This document shows positions 28,020-38,607 of a stretch of 64,000 bases of DNA, in pieces; position 1 is the stretch's first letter; every line of letters starts with the position of its first letter. The notes under the pieces are model-generated. The model was not told the DNA's origin, made no database searches, and saw only the letters and a program-made list of their open reading frames with translations. The DNA is taken from positions 2,528,001 through 2,592,000 of the forward strand of contig CAXXJV010000001.1 of assembly GCA_963663475.2 (NCBI GenBank), in the 5' to 3' direction. This stretch comes from Candidatus Cloacimonadales bacterium (GTDB lineage Bacteria > Cloacimonadota > Cloacimonadia > Cloacimonadales > JAFGVF01). Both the position numbers and the translations under genes were made by a program.

Positions 28020-30470
28020 TTATTTTGTTTTAGCTACATAATAACCATACTCAGGAATTTGATTATCTTGTATTTTCTCAAATAAGCTGATTGGATATTG
28101 ACTTATAAAGGAGCTTATCTCAATTTGTAAGTTACTTCTATTGATAATTATTATTATTTCCTTGGTATCTTGCAGACTCCATCGTTTGTAGATAAGTAAG
28201 TGTTCATCTTCAATAAACTCTATATATCCATCCCAAAGAAGAGGATTGTCTTTTCTAACTTTAATAATATTCTTATAAAAATCTAATAAATCAAGTCTTT
28301 CTTCATCTGTCTCGTAATCCCATGGGAAAGGTCTCCTATTATCAGGGTCTTTTTCTCCAGCTAAAAAGACTTCATCACCATAATAAATGTGAGGAATTCC
28401 GATAAAAGTAAATTGGAAGACGATAGCTAGTTTTAACCTAGCAAGCTTATCTTTGGCTAAACTTCTTAATCTGAGAGTATCATGACTAGCCAAGAGGTTC
28501 ATTTGGCTTTTGATACTTTGCCAAGGAAGATTAAGCAGACCACTAGAGATTCTCTCAATAAAAGTACTTAGGGATGTTGACTTGTTAAAGAAATAAGCAA
28601 GTAGAGGATCTTTGAAGAAGTGATAATTCATAATTCCATCAAAATATTCACCTTGTAGCCATTCTTGTGGATCATTCCAAACTTCTCCTACCAGGTAAGC
28701 ATTTGCTTTGACTCCTTTTACCATATCTCTAAAGACTTGCCAGAACCAAAATGGTACTTCTTCTGGAACATCTAATCTAAAACCATCTATATCATATTCA
28801 GTAAGCCAGATTTTCATTGATACTAGCAAATAATTAACCAAATCATGATTAAGGTCAGCTACTTCAATATCTTTAACCATATTTTCAGCTTTTGGTCCTC
28901 GAGATAGATCATAGTTAAATTCAGGCAAATCTTTTACCCCCCACCAGCATTGATAATAATCTTCAGCAATAAAGTTTTCATCTAGTTTCTTAGGAAGAGG
29001 CCATTTATACCAATCAAACCACTTCCAATATTTAGATTTATCTCCTTTTTCTCGACAATCTTTAAAAGCAAAAAAGTCATATCCACAATGATTTAAGGCT
29101 ATATCTATAATTACTTTTATCTCATTCTGGTGTAAAATGTCTACAAGTTCTTTAAAGGCAGGGTTACCACCTAGATGGGGATCTATTTGCCTAAAATCTA
29201 TACTATCATATCGATGGGGAGATTTAGCTGTAAAGATAGGATTGAGATAGATTAATGAGATTCCTAATTCTTTAAGATATGATATTCTTGATTGGATTCC
29301 TTTCAAATCACCTCCGTAGAAGGCAAACCAATCAGGATTAGCTTGAGCTGAGTAAGGGCTCTCTTTTAGTATTTTGATATCATTCCAATCAGCTAAATGA
29401 TAGTATTCTTCATTTTTATTAAGACTTCTAACTTGAGGTTTTTGATTTTTTCCTTGATAATAAGTTTCTTGAAAATGGGGATTAAGACTAGAATCTCCGT
29501 TAGCAAAACGATCAGGCATAATTTGGTAGATTATTTTTGAATGTAGGCTTGAATCTATTTGGATAATCCTAAGAGAATAGGGTCTAAACCAGGATCTTAC
29601 TCTTTTATTATTGCTGAGTTTATCCTGGTTTGCATATAGGATAAGGTCTTTACTTTTAAGTATTAAAGAAAATTTATATATCTTATATATGTCCTGTATT
29701 TTAATTATTGTGTGGAAAGTAACTTGCTGATTAGTGCTAGCAAGGCAGACAAGTTTATGTGATTCATCATTTAGTTGTAAGCTTATTTCAAGTTGAGGAA
29801 AATTAGGTACTAGGATCTTAAATTCAAAAGAATCAGCATAGTATCTATATATTCTGATAATTTTGTCTTTTAGGAAAATATCATTGGAATCATAGGAATC
29901 AATCAAGACTGGATTAATAGAGATATGATCAGTCACCGAGGTTTTAATAACTGAATTAGGGGAAATATTATCATGTGATTCTTTAATAGTCTGGGAGTTT
30001 GCTTCTTTCTCGTTATACCAGCGATCTCCTTTAGCTAGATACTTATACTGATACTGGCCTTTAGGAAGAAACAGGTTGCTTTTGAAAAAACCTTTATCCA
30101 AATGTAATTGATTAGCATTAGGTAACCAGTTATTAAAATCCCCAACAATTGATATTTCCTCATAGTTCTTTGAATTCTTTAGTTTAATAGGTATTATATA
30201 AAGTAAATCATCATCAGAGGGAATATTAAGCAGAGAAAATGTTTCCCTTCCTTGGCTTACTGTATTAGCTTTGGGATCTAGAATTATTTGATTATCTTTA
30301 AGGAAGTAATATTTATATTTACCTGGTTTGAGTTGGATTTCCAGCTTATAAATACCTGAATCTTCTTGCATTTTAAGTGAGTTTTTCTTCCAATTATTAA
30401 AGTCACCCACTAAGTAAATATCAAACTTGCCTGCTATGGGTGGTTGATAAGAAAAGAGTATTTTTTTCAT
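28020..30470 (-). CDS. GH13 alpha-glucan hydrolase (neopullulanase/cyclomaltodextrinase-like) with two N-terminal CBM48-like domains
   Basis: Two VGDFNNW motifs; YQIMPDRFANGD, GGDLKGI, HRYD, GFRLDV (Asp), GEVW (Glu), SHDT (Asp), DPDNRR. Confidence 0.9.
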   Translation of the reverse strand: MKKILFSYQPPIAGKFDIYLVGDFNNWKKNSLKMQEDSGIYKLEIQLKPGKYKYYFLKDNQIILDPKANTVSQGRETFSLLNIPSDDDLLYIIPIKLKNSKNYEEISIVGDFNNWLPNANQLHLDKGFFKSNLFLPKGQYQYKYLAKGDRWYNEKEANSQTIKESHDNISPNSVIKTSVTDHISINPVLIDSYDSNDIFLKDKIIRIYRYYADSFEFKILVPNFPQLEISLQLNDESHKLVCLASTNQQVTFHTIIKIQDIYKIYKFSLILKSKDLILYANQDKLSNNKRVRSWFRPYSLRIIQIDSSLHSKIIYQIMPDRFANGDSSLNPHFQETYYQGKNQKPQVRSLNKNEEYYHLADWNDIKILKESPYSAQANPDWFAFYGGDLKGIQSRISYLKELGISLIYLNPIFTAKSPHRYDSIDFRQIDPHLGGNPAFKELVDILHQNEIKVIIDIALNHCGYDFFAFKDCREKGDKSKYWKWFDWYKWPLPKKLDENFIAEDYYQCWWGVKDLPEFNYDLSRGPKAENMVKDIEVADLNHDLVNYLLVSMKIWLTEYDIDGFRLDVPEEVPFWFWQVFRDMVKGVKANAYLVGEVWNDPQEWLQGEYFDGIMNYHFFKDPLLAYFFNKSTSLSTFIERISSGLLNLPWQSIKSQMNLLASHDTLRLRSLAKDKLARLKLAIVFQFTFIGIPHIYYGDEVFLAGEKDPDNRRPFPWDYETDEERLDLLDFYKNIIKVRKDNPLLWDGYIEFIEDEHLLIYKRWSLQDTKEIIIIINRSNLQIEISSFISQYPISLFEKIQDNQIPEYGYYVAKTK

Positions 30471-30475
30471 ATGCT

Positions 30476-33400
30476 TTAGAAGTTTATTGTGTGGAACAAC
30501 ATAATTTCGTGCGAGTTATCTCCAGAAGGTCTATATTTGTATGTATAAGACATCTTAGTATTGAAGTTAATATTTGTTCTAATCTGAAAGTCTTGATCAT
30601 AAATAATTTTAGTTCTCCTATTTAAGTCAGTAATCTCTTGGAAAAAACCTTCATAGTTAAAGTATAATCTCTTGTAGATAGGTCTTCCAAAGTTAATTGT
30701 AAGATTATTGAGTAGTATTGAACTTGAGAATTGGGCTAGTTCCGAATCTGAAACTTCTTGAGTTTGCCCTTGATTTAGACCAGCATTTTGATCGTTAATA
30801 ACATAATTATTAACCATATTCTTAACAAAACCTGGTCTAATATTGAAATAATCAAGTAAGAGTCTTCTTCTAAAGAAAGTTTCAACAGGTCTTAAGAAAC
30901 TATTAACAAAGGTATTATCAACATTTGAACCTAGCATAAGAATTGTTTCATTTTGTAAGGCATTTTGATCTTCTTGCTGAGAATCATAGGAGCTATCTGA
31001 AATTCTTAATCTATTTATAGCTTGTGCTTGAGTTTTATCATCTGGATTATCGCTTGCTAGGGTTAAGACTAAGTCATTAATACCTAGTTGATTACTCTGT
31101 CCATTAGAAACTTTTAAGGTAACAGTAGAACCATCTTGCACTCGTTTAACAAATGTTCCATTAATGGAAAAATCAATTTCATTAATGAGAATCTCCACTA
31201 AATCAACGTCAAAATCAGTGTCTAAGAAAGTGACTGTTCCTTCTTCAGCAAGAAATCTTGCATCAGGTACAGACCACTCATTATTCTTATAAGTAAGGTA
31301 TAAGTAGCTATTAGGTGTAACAGAAATATCAGTAGGATAAGTGACATACTTCAAGTTCTCTCCCACTTGTAATCTAGCATTTAACTCAAATGGTAGGGGA
31401 TTAGATTCTTTATCTTCTTCTTGAGTTTTCTTTTCTTTTCTACTAAAAGTACTTTGGGAAGCTGATGTAATAATAGATAATAAGTTTTCAGTATTAGGAG
31501 GGTAGATAATAGAAGCATTAGAGACATTAACCTCCACATCAATCTTCATGTCATCAAAAGGACCTTTTATGGTAGCAAAGTTATCTGATAGTCCAGCTAT
31601 CTTAACCAGAGCAGCCTCATTTTTAGGCATATATTGTGGTATATGAGCAAGGATACCTTTCTGAGATGTGGATATGCTAAATTGTCCTAAGATTAGATTT
31701 CCTATAAAAAAATTATCATTATCTTCAGAGATTTTATTAGCTATTGTCAGAAAACCATCACCCAGCTGTAATTTAAATCTATCGAGGTCAAGTTGATTAT
31801 CTTTAAATTGAGCAGTGATATCAATATCTTCTATAGTCTGGGGTTGATTAACAAGTTTTAAAAAGCTGTCTTCAGTGTTAATATAGCCTTCATAGACTTG
31901 AAAACCTTCTTCATCAACACCAACAATGAGTTCGCTTGTTAAATCAAATGTTCCAGCTTCTAAAAGATCAGGAGTAAACTTTTGGAGAATGTTAAAAACA
32001 TCAGCATCTAGTTTAACATAGAGTTTTTCTTCTGAAGGGATAAATTCATTTTTAAAGAGATCATAAGAGAAGTCTCCGATAATATTAACATCAGCATAAT
32101 TATGGGAATTAAAGTAAAGATTATCTACATGGATTCTTTGAGGAAGGTAGAGGAGGTTAAAATAGACATCATTAACTGCAATATCTTGAATTTGGAAGTC
32201 AGAGCCAACCCCTTTCAATCTAAATCTGTACTTGTCTTCTTCTCTAGAGTCATATCTAAAAGTTAAATCTCCACTAACAAAGCCTTGTAAGGGAATTATA
32301 TTCTGATAATCTTTAAAATCTATTTCTTTGATAAGAGCATCAATATCTGCTTGCAAACCATCTTCAGTTTCAATAGAACCTGTGGCTGAGATAAGTATTT
32401 GTCTCTCATTATAGACTATTAGTTCTTCTAGAGATATTAAATCTGTTAAGCCTTCAAAGCTAGCTTTCAATCCATAACCAGAAAAGCCAGCATACTCCAG
32501 ACCAGTAATATTTACTTGTCCTTTAATCATTTCGTTGAACCAAAAATAATCAATATTTAAAGTTATGAAACCATTAGGATATTTTTCAGCTATTTTCTTA
32601 GGTAAGAATTTTTTAAAGTCTCGCAAAGCAAGTTGATTAACCTCAAGTTTTAAACCTCTATCAGCAGACAATAAGTCTCTTCCCTTGATCACTATCTCTT
32701 GATTAATTTTGAGATCAGCATTAAGTTCAGCAAATTTATTGAGAGACATTTGGGTTAGGATATTTAATTCTTGATTATATAGCTTACCATTAATAGTGTT
32801 ATTGGAAAGAGCTAGTTGCTTGTCAGCGAGATTCCATTGTACATTAGTTCTAAGAGGAAGATAAATATTATCAGACAGGGCGGTAATTTCTAGATTTAAA
32901 TCAGCTTGAACATTATCATTATCTTTTCTTAGATCTATTTTGCCATTAATAAGAGGATTTAATTCAGAGAATGAATCATTCTTCAAGCTAGTATAAGCCT
33001 TGTTTGCTTGAAAATCTAGGAAGGTTAGAGAGGCCTGAGAATTAGAAAAGGCTAAATCTGTTTCAACCTTCATTGAAAAATTATTATTATCTAAATTAGC
33101 AGATAAGAAATCTTTATCCAAACTAACAAAGCCAGAAATTGGGGGTAGCAAGGTCTCTTTATAACCAATTGTAAAGTCACTTACAGCTAATCTAAAATAT
33201 GAGTTACCTTCTAGGATAATACCTTTAGTTAGAAGGTCTCCCTGTAGGGTTATATTACTGTCTTCTTTATTTTTAATCAGAAGGTCAGCAGCTATATAGT
33301 TTTTGTGTAAGATACCATGACCAGTAATAAGATTTTGGTCGAGTTCAGTGTTATTTAGGTGTAATTCTAGTTGTTCTTGATAGTCTAGGCTAGCATCAAT

Positions 33401-34552
33401 GTTAGTTAAAACGAGAGAGTTAAAATCTAAGGTATCAGACTTTATCTGGCCTGTAATCAGTAAATCAGATGCATAGCCACTCACTCCTACATTAGCATTG
33501 ACAATTCCTTTCATAAAATTATAGGAATTAGCAATTTGATAGTTTTTAACATTAGCATCTGCTTCAATCTCAAGCCTATCAAAGAGTTTTATCAATCTAC
33601 CTTCTACACTAACTGGAATATTCATAAATGATGATTTAGCAGGTTTTACCAACAAGTCTTGACTATCCCCTGTAATAAGTAGTTCATCTAGTTGCAGAGG
33701 TAAGTCAAAAAGATTAGCTTTAGCCTGTTTACTAAATAAGTTTAAGCTTAAGAATAGTCCTTGGGGAGAATCAAACTCAAGTTTAGCTGAACCTACTAAG
33801 TTTAATTGTAAATCTTTAGCTACAGGAACATAGAGGGAATCAGGATTATAACCTGCTAGATCTAAAGTGATTTCATTAAGGCCTGTATCGGTAAATTTCA
33901 AAGCTACTTGAAAATCATTCTTTCTATTATCAAGCATCTTGACTTGCAGATTTTTATCTCTCTGATTATCAAAAGTTATATCAGCTTGCGAAAATGTATC
34001 TCTGATACCGAAATAAGACTTATAAACAACCTCAGCTTCAAGGTCTGCTTTCTCGATAGTAACCTTCCTAACATAATCCCTGATATCAAATGGTTTATCA
34101 TTTTCTTTTTCTTCTATTTTGTCTCTTCTCTCTCTGGATGTTTTTTCTTTCTCTAAGAACTTCTGGTCATATTTTATTTTAGGACTATCAATATAGAGAG
34201 AATCTACAACTTGCACTAGCCAATTTGTTGGATTAATAAGGGATGAATAATTCAAGTCTAAGTTCAGTTTTGGGGTATTTAGATAATAGTATATATCATT
34301 TTGCGATTCAACTATTAGGTCATCGAAATAAATACCAGTACTATTTATATCAATCTTAGACATGCTTATATCAGTCTTAGCTAAATCAGCTACTGTATTT
34401 TCTAAGAGATACTTGGCAATATCATTTCTTTTCCAAACAAGAGTAAAGATAAGAGTTATAAATATTAAGAGCAAGATATATATTACTGACCTTTTCTTCC
34501 ATCTCTTTTTAGATTTTTGAATCTTATTAGACTGATTAGTGATTTTTTTCAT
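30476..34552 (-). CDS. large AsmA/TamB-like periplasmic bridge protein
   Basis: N-terminal TM anchor, 1358 aa beta-rich body, TamB-like C-terminal region, terminal Phe. Confidence 0.6.
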   Translation of the reverse strand: MKKITNQSNKIQKSKKRWKKRSVIYILLLIFITLIFTLVWKRNDIAKYLLENTVADLAKTDISMSKIDINSTGIYFDDLIVESQNDIYYYLNTPKLNLDLNYSSLINPTNWLVQVVDSLYIDSPKIKYDQKFLEKEKTSRERRDKIEEKENDKPFDIRDYVRKVTIEKADLEAEVVYKSYFGIRDTFSQADITFDNQRDKNLQVKMLDNRKNDFQVALKFTDTGLNEITLDLAGYNPDSLYVPVAKDLQLNLVGSAKLEFDSPQGLFLSLNLFSKQAKANLFDLPLQLDELLITGDSQDLLVKPAKSSFMNIPVSVEGRLIKLFDRLEIEADANVKNYQIANSYNFMKGIVNANVGVSGYASDLLITGQIKSDTLDFNSLVLTNIDASLDYQEQLELHLNNTELDQNLITGHGILHKNYIAADLLIKNKEDSNITLQGDLLTKGIILEGNSYFRLAVSDFTIGYKETLLPPISGFVSLDKDFLSANLDNNNFSMKVETDLAFSNSQASLTFLDFQANKAYTSLKNDSFSELNPLINGKIDLRKDNDNVQADLNLEITALSDNIYLPLRTNVQWNLADKQLALSNNTINGKLYNQELNILTQMSLNKFAELNADLKINQEIVIKGRDLLSADRGLKLEVNQLALRDFKKFLPKKIAEKYPNGFITLNIDYFWFNEMIKGQVNITGLEYAGFSGYGLKASFEGLTDLISLEELIVYNERQILISATGSIETEDGLQADIDALIKEIDFKDYQNIIPLQGFVSGDLTFRYDSREEDKYRFRLKGVGSDFQIQDIAVNDVYFNLLYLPQRIHVDNLYFNSHNYADVNIIGDFSYDLFKNEFIPSEEKLYVKLDADVFNILQKFTPDLLEAGTFDLTSELIVGVDEEGFQVYEGYINTEDSFLKLVNQPQTIEDIDITAQFKDNQLDLDRFKLQLGDGFLTIANKISEDNDNFFIGNLILGQFSISTSQKGILAHIPQYMPKNEAALVKIAGLSDNFATIKGPFDDMKIDVEVNVSNASIIYPPNTENLLSIITSASQSTFSRKEKKTQEEDKESNPLPFELNARLQVGENLKYVTYPTDISVTPNSYLYLTYKNNEWSVPDARFLAEEGTVTFLDTDFDVDLVEILINEIDFSINGTFVKRVQDGSTVTLKVSNGQSNQLGINDLVLTLASDNPDDKTQAQAINRLRISDSSYDSQQEDQNALQNETILMLGSNVDNTFVNSFLRPVETFFRRRLLLDYFNIRPGFVKNMVNNYVINDQNAGLNQGQTQEVSDSELAQFSSSILLNNLTINFGRPIYKRLYFNYEGFFQEITDLNRRTKIIYDQDFQIRTNINFNTKMSYTYKYRPSGDNSHEIMLFHTINF

Positions 34553-35214
34553 ATAAGACTTAGTTTACCCTCTCGGATAGTATAGTGGGTATCTTCTGTA
34601 GATACTAAACTTAGATCATGAGTAACAAAGATTATAGTCAATCCTTGTTTGTTTAAATCTCTAAGAATATCCATTACAATTTTTGTAGTTTCATTATCAA
34701 GATTTCCTGAAGGTTCATCAGCTAAAAGTATCATTGGTTTAGTAACGATAGCTCTAGCAATTGCGATTCTTTGTTCTTCTCCCCCACTAAGTTGATTAGG
34801 GAAATGATTTATTCTATCTAATAAGGCTAATTTCTCGATAATAGATTGAGCTTTTGCATAAGCTTCTTTTTTCTTAAGACCTTGCACTAGCAGAGGAATA
34901 GCTACATTTTCTAAGGCGGTAAAATCTTCTAAGAGGTAATGAAATTGGAAAATAAAGCCAATGTTCCTGTTGCGGAAACTTTCTATGTTAGAGATTTTAG
35001 TATGAACTTTTCCATCCAAAGAAATCTCTCCTGAATCTGGGCTATCTAATAAGCCAATGAGATGAAGTAAGGTACTCTTACCACAACCAGATGCACCTGT
35101 TATTGCTACAAATTCGCCTTTTTTTACTGTAAGATCTATTTCTTTTAGTACATTTAGTTTATGATTAGCATCGCGATAACTTTTACTAACTTTATTTAGT
35201 TTAATTATTTCCAT
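34549..35214 (-). CDS. lolD: lipoprotein-releasing ABC transporter ATPase
   Basis: GASGCGKST, GFIFQFHYLLEDFTALENV, LSGGEEQR, LADEPSGNLD, VTHD. Confidence 0.85.
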   Translation of the reverse strand: MEIIKLNKVSKSYRDANHKLNVLKEIDLTVKKGEFVAITGASGCGKSTLLHLIGLLDSPDSGEISLDGKVHTKISNIESFRNRNIGFIFQFHYLLEDFTALENVAIPLLVQGLKKKEAYAKAQSIIEKLALLDRINHFPNQLSGGEEQRIAIARAIVTKPMILLADEPSGNLDNETTKIVMDILRDLNKQGLTIIFVTHDLSLVSTEDTHYTIREGKLSLI

Positions 35215-35215
35215 T

Positions 35216-36445
35216 TTAGCGTCTCAATATTTTTATTATTTCAAGTTTATTTATTGATCTAAGAGATAGTAGGATAGTAACAGACATAATAAGAAGAGTA
35301 GTTCCGTAGATCAAAATGAGTGATGAGAATGAGGGGTTTATCATTATTTTATCTATAAAATAGATATCAGCTTTTAAGGTAAAATAATCTTGATGAGTTA
35401 ATAGATAGGCTAAACCATAACCTACCAGTAAACCAAGTATTATACCTATATGAGTCAAAAGTAATGAAAAGATATAATATAGTAGTTTTACCTGACTTCT
35501 TTTTAGCCCAAGTGTCATTAGAATTCCAATTTCTTCAATCTTCTCATTAATGATTGTACTGATTGTACTTATTACATTAAAAGCAGCTACAATGATAATA
35601 ATACAAAGAATCAGAAAAATCATCATTTTTTGTAGGGTAAGAGCTGCAAAAATAGATGAATCATAAGAAATTACATCATGTGCATAAAGAATAGGCAGAC
35701 TTGTCATGAAATCTCTGTTGAGTTGGCTAGCAATCTCTGAGCTTTTATCGCTATTTCTTTGATTTAAAATTAGAGAATAGTCAGAATCTTTCAGCTTTTT
35801 ACCACTCAATGTTAACAATTTATCGGAAGAAACAATCGCCCTAGTAAGATCAATGTCATAAAGACCTGTTTTATAAACATCTTTGACCATTAAGTCTTGA
35901 GATTGGTTAACTAATCCAAATATAGAATACCTAATTGAACTAGGTAGTATAACTTGAATTGTATCACCAACCTGAGCATTAAGTTCTTTAGCTAAATATT
36001 GGCCAAGAATTATTTGATTTTTTCCAAGTTGGAAACTTTTATTATTAGCAAAAGGATAAACAAGAGAATTATAAGCAGAATTCTCTTGATAAAATCCTTC
36101 TAAATAGGCTGGAGATTTCTCCCCTTTTCTACTAATAATTACAGATAATTTCTTGCGATTTGCTATAGCTCTAATATCATTCTTGTAATTCGCGAGAATA
36201 CTATTCAGCTTAGCTTCCTGAGTAGAAGTTAGCTCCTGACTATTATTCACGATAACTATATCAGGCTGAGATGCTTTAAAGGCCTGGCTTAGAGTTTCTT
36301 CATAACTTTCAAAGAGAATCATAGACAGACTTAGTGCCCCTACAGCTATTATGATACCAAGTATCATAAATATTGAATTCTTCCCCCAAGAGGATTTTTT
36401 AAGTCTCTTTAGACTCTTCCAATATAAAGGAATTAATTGTTTCAC
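35216..36445 (-). CDS. LolC/LolE-type ABC permease
   Basis: GIIIAVGAL, VAAFNVIST, EKIEEIGILMTLG, DIYFID; adjacent to lolD. Confidence 0.8.
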   Translation of the reverse strand: MKQLIPLYWKSLKRLKKSSWGKNSIFMILGIIIAVGALSLSMILFESYEETLSQAFKASQPDIVIVNNSQELTSTQEAKLNSILANYKNDIRAIANRKKLSVIISRKGEKSPAYLEGFYQENSAYNSLVYPFANNKSFQLGKNQIILGQYLAKELNAQVGDTIQVILPSSIRYSIFGLVNQSQDLMVKDVYKTGLYDIDLTRAIVSSDKLLTLSGKKLKDSDYSLILNQRNSDKSSEIASQLNRDFMTSLPILYAHDVISYDSSIFAALTLQKMMIFLILCIIIIVAAFNVISTISTIINEKIEEIGILMTLGLKRSQVKLLYYIFSLLLTHIGIILGLLVGYGLAYLLTHQDYFTLKADIYFIDKIMINPSFSSLILIYGTTLLIMSVTILLSLRSINKLEIIKILRR

Positions 36446-36939
36446 TAGTTATCTCTTTCTGAAGGAGCAGGTAATTCAATTATTATTTTTTCAGGTTCTG
36501 GCTCAGCTTCAGCTTCTTGGATTTCACTATGTGCTTTAAATATTGAAAATTCATTATTCTTAAACATATCTATTACATAAACAACTAAGAACACTGTTAC
36601 TGTGATGATAAGCAAAGCATAAATGAAATTATAAGAAATTAGAAACTTTCGCTCTTGCTTATACTCTAATGATTTGAAATTATTTACTTTATATTCAGGA
36701 TATTTGCTTTCTATGATTGAAATAATCTTACTCTGATTAATATTTAGCTTCCTTACAATTGTATAAGCATAACTCTTTACTACTCCAAAGCCACCTAAAG
36801 ACTCTATATCATCCTCTTCTAATAGGACAAGGTGGTCTTTTTTGATTAATGTAATATCTGCTAACTCTTCTATTGAAAGATTGTGTTCTTCCCTTATACT
36901 TCTTATATATTGTCCTATACTATCCATCATAAACTCCAT
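36445..36939 (-). CDS. RodZ-like HTH membrane protein
   Basis: SIGQYIRSIREEHNLSIEELADITLIK..L..LEE HTH_25 domain plus a single TM. Confidence 0.75.
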   Translation of the reverse strand: MEFMMDSIGQYIRSIREEHNLSIEELADITLIKKDHLVLLEEDDIESLGGFGVVKSYAYTIVRKLNINQSKIISIIESKYPEYKVNNFKSLEYKQERKFLISYNFIYALLIITVTVFLVVYVIDMFKNNEFSIFKAHSEIQEAEAEPEPEKIIIELPAPSERDN

Positions 36940-37718
36940 TTGAAGGTACCTTGGCAGACTATTCTAACCTCACCTTCTAAATTTACATTATTATTACTCT
37001 GAAAAACCTTTAGGTCTCCCCCATCTAATCCAACAATAATAGATGAATCTACTAAACTAGCTTGATAACAATCCCAAAAAAGGGCACTAGCGCCACTCCC
37101 ACAGGCAAAGGTAAGTCCGCTACCTCGTTCATAAACTATTGCCTCTACTCTTTTTGGAGATACTACATCTATTAATTCTATATTTATTCCATCAGGAAAA
37201 TCTCTAGTCTTCTGTAAATCTTCTGCAAGCTTGAGAAATTCAGCACGAGTCAAGTTTGCCTCTTTGTTATTAACAATAAGATGTAAATTACCAATATCAA
37301 TAACATTACCATTAAGACTAGGTGAAAAAAAATTTCTTACTAGTTTAGGCTGACCCATCTCTACCCTTACACAAGCTTGTTCAACATCAACTTTCGCCTG
37401 TTTCACTCCACTTAAACTATTAATACTTATCTCTACCTTACCCATATCTTGAGCAAGTAAATAAGCCAGAGATCTAAGAGCATTTCCACACATCTTTGCC
37501 TCAGAACCATCACTGTTAAATATCCTCATAAAACAGTCAGCTTCTACATCTGGATTAATTACCACTAATCCATCTGAACCTATGCCAAATCTAATATCAC
37601 TAACAGCTATTGCTAGACTAGTCAAATCTATATCTTGTAAGGATAAATCCCTATTATCCACATAAATATAATTATTTCCTTGGGCTGTAATTTTTGTAAA
37701 GTTAATATTCTTATTCAT
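36927..37718 (-). CDS. dapF: diaminopimelate epimerase
   Basis: GNNY, GIGSDG, NSDGSEAKMCGN, ERGSGLTFACGSG. Confidence 0.93.
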   Translation of the reverse strand: MNKNINFTKITAQGNNYIYVDNRDLSLQDIDLTSLAIAVSDIRFGIGSDGLVVINPDVEADCFMRIFNSDGSEAKMCGNALRSLAYLLAQDMGKVEISINSLSGVKQAKVDVEQACVRVEMGQPKLVRNFFSPSLNGNVIDIGNLHLIVNNKEANLTRAEFLKLAEDLQKTRDFPDGINIELIDVVSPKRVEAIVYERGSGLTFACGSGASALFWDCYQASLVDSSIIVGLDGGDLKVFQSNNNVNLEGEVRIVCQGTFKWSL

Positions 37719-38424
37719 CTAAGGCAAAAATCTCTCTAAAATAATCACTGAAGTTATAAAATCCTTGCTTACAAGCAATCCAGTCAATAGATTTAACAGC
37801 TCCTGAAACAAATGCTGCCCTATCTCTAGCTAGATGCTTCATTTCAATGAAATCAAAATTACCATCAAAACCAAGGACATGGGTTCCTGGTTTCTTACCA
37901 GCTCGAATAGCTTCAAATTCAAATCCTGGTCTCATTTCAGAATAGTTAGATTTTACTAGACCAGTAATATATTTAGCAGTACCAGATGGTTTGTCTTTTT
38001 TCTCCTTATGATGTTCTTCAAAAGCATAGAGATCATACTCAGGAATCTTATTCATCATTTTAGCTAGATAAGCTACCATCTGAAAATAAATATTCATCCC
38101 AACAGAAAAATTAGCACCGAAAATTATTCCTACATGATATTTATTAGCAATAACTTTCACTTTTTCTATATCATCATACCAACCTGAAGTTCCTATGATT
38201 ATGTTTACACCACATTTAGCTAAAGATTCTATCCGTCTAACCACTCCCTCAGGTTGGGTAAACTCCAGAGCAATCTCAGCTCCATTTAAGCTATCTCTGC
38301 TTATTTGTTTGTTATATTTTGACATGCTATCATCGATAATAGAAACAATTTCATGTCCTTTTTTCTCGCATAAAGAGTGGAGCATTTGCCCCATTTTTCC
38401 ATAGCCAATTAAAGCAATTTTCAT
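37711..38424 (-). CDS. dapB: 4-hydroxy-tetrahydrodipicolinate reductase
   Basis: IGYGKMG, IGTSGW, NFSVG, EHHKEKKDKPSGTA; start at MKIAL after GAGGT. Confidence 0.93.
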   Translation of the reverse strand: MKIALIGYGKMGQMLHSLCEKKGHEIVSIIDDSMSKYNKQISRDSLNGAEIALEFTQPEGVVRRIESLAKCGVNIIIGTSGWYDDIEKVKVIANKYHVGIIFGANFSVGMNIYFQMVAYLAKMMNKIPEYDLYAFEEHHKEKKDKPSGTAKYITGLVKSNYSEMRPGFEFEAIRAGKKPGTHVLGFDGNFDFIEMKHLARDRAAFVSGAVKSIDWIACKQGFYNFSDYFREIFALDE

Positions 38425-38607
38425 ATTTATACCTCTTTTATTCATAATAAAATACTTTTAATATTTTGTCAATTATATATTTGTAGTTCAATTAAAGGTC
38501 TTTGTTCTACTTCCTATCTGTTAATTACACTAACAAAATAATTGACATATTTATGATTTGTTTTTTAATTGAAACAAATACTAAAAATTAATATTTAAGG
38601 AGTTATA

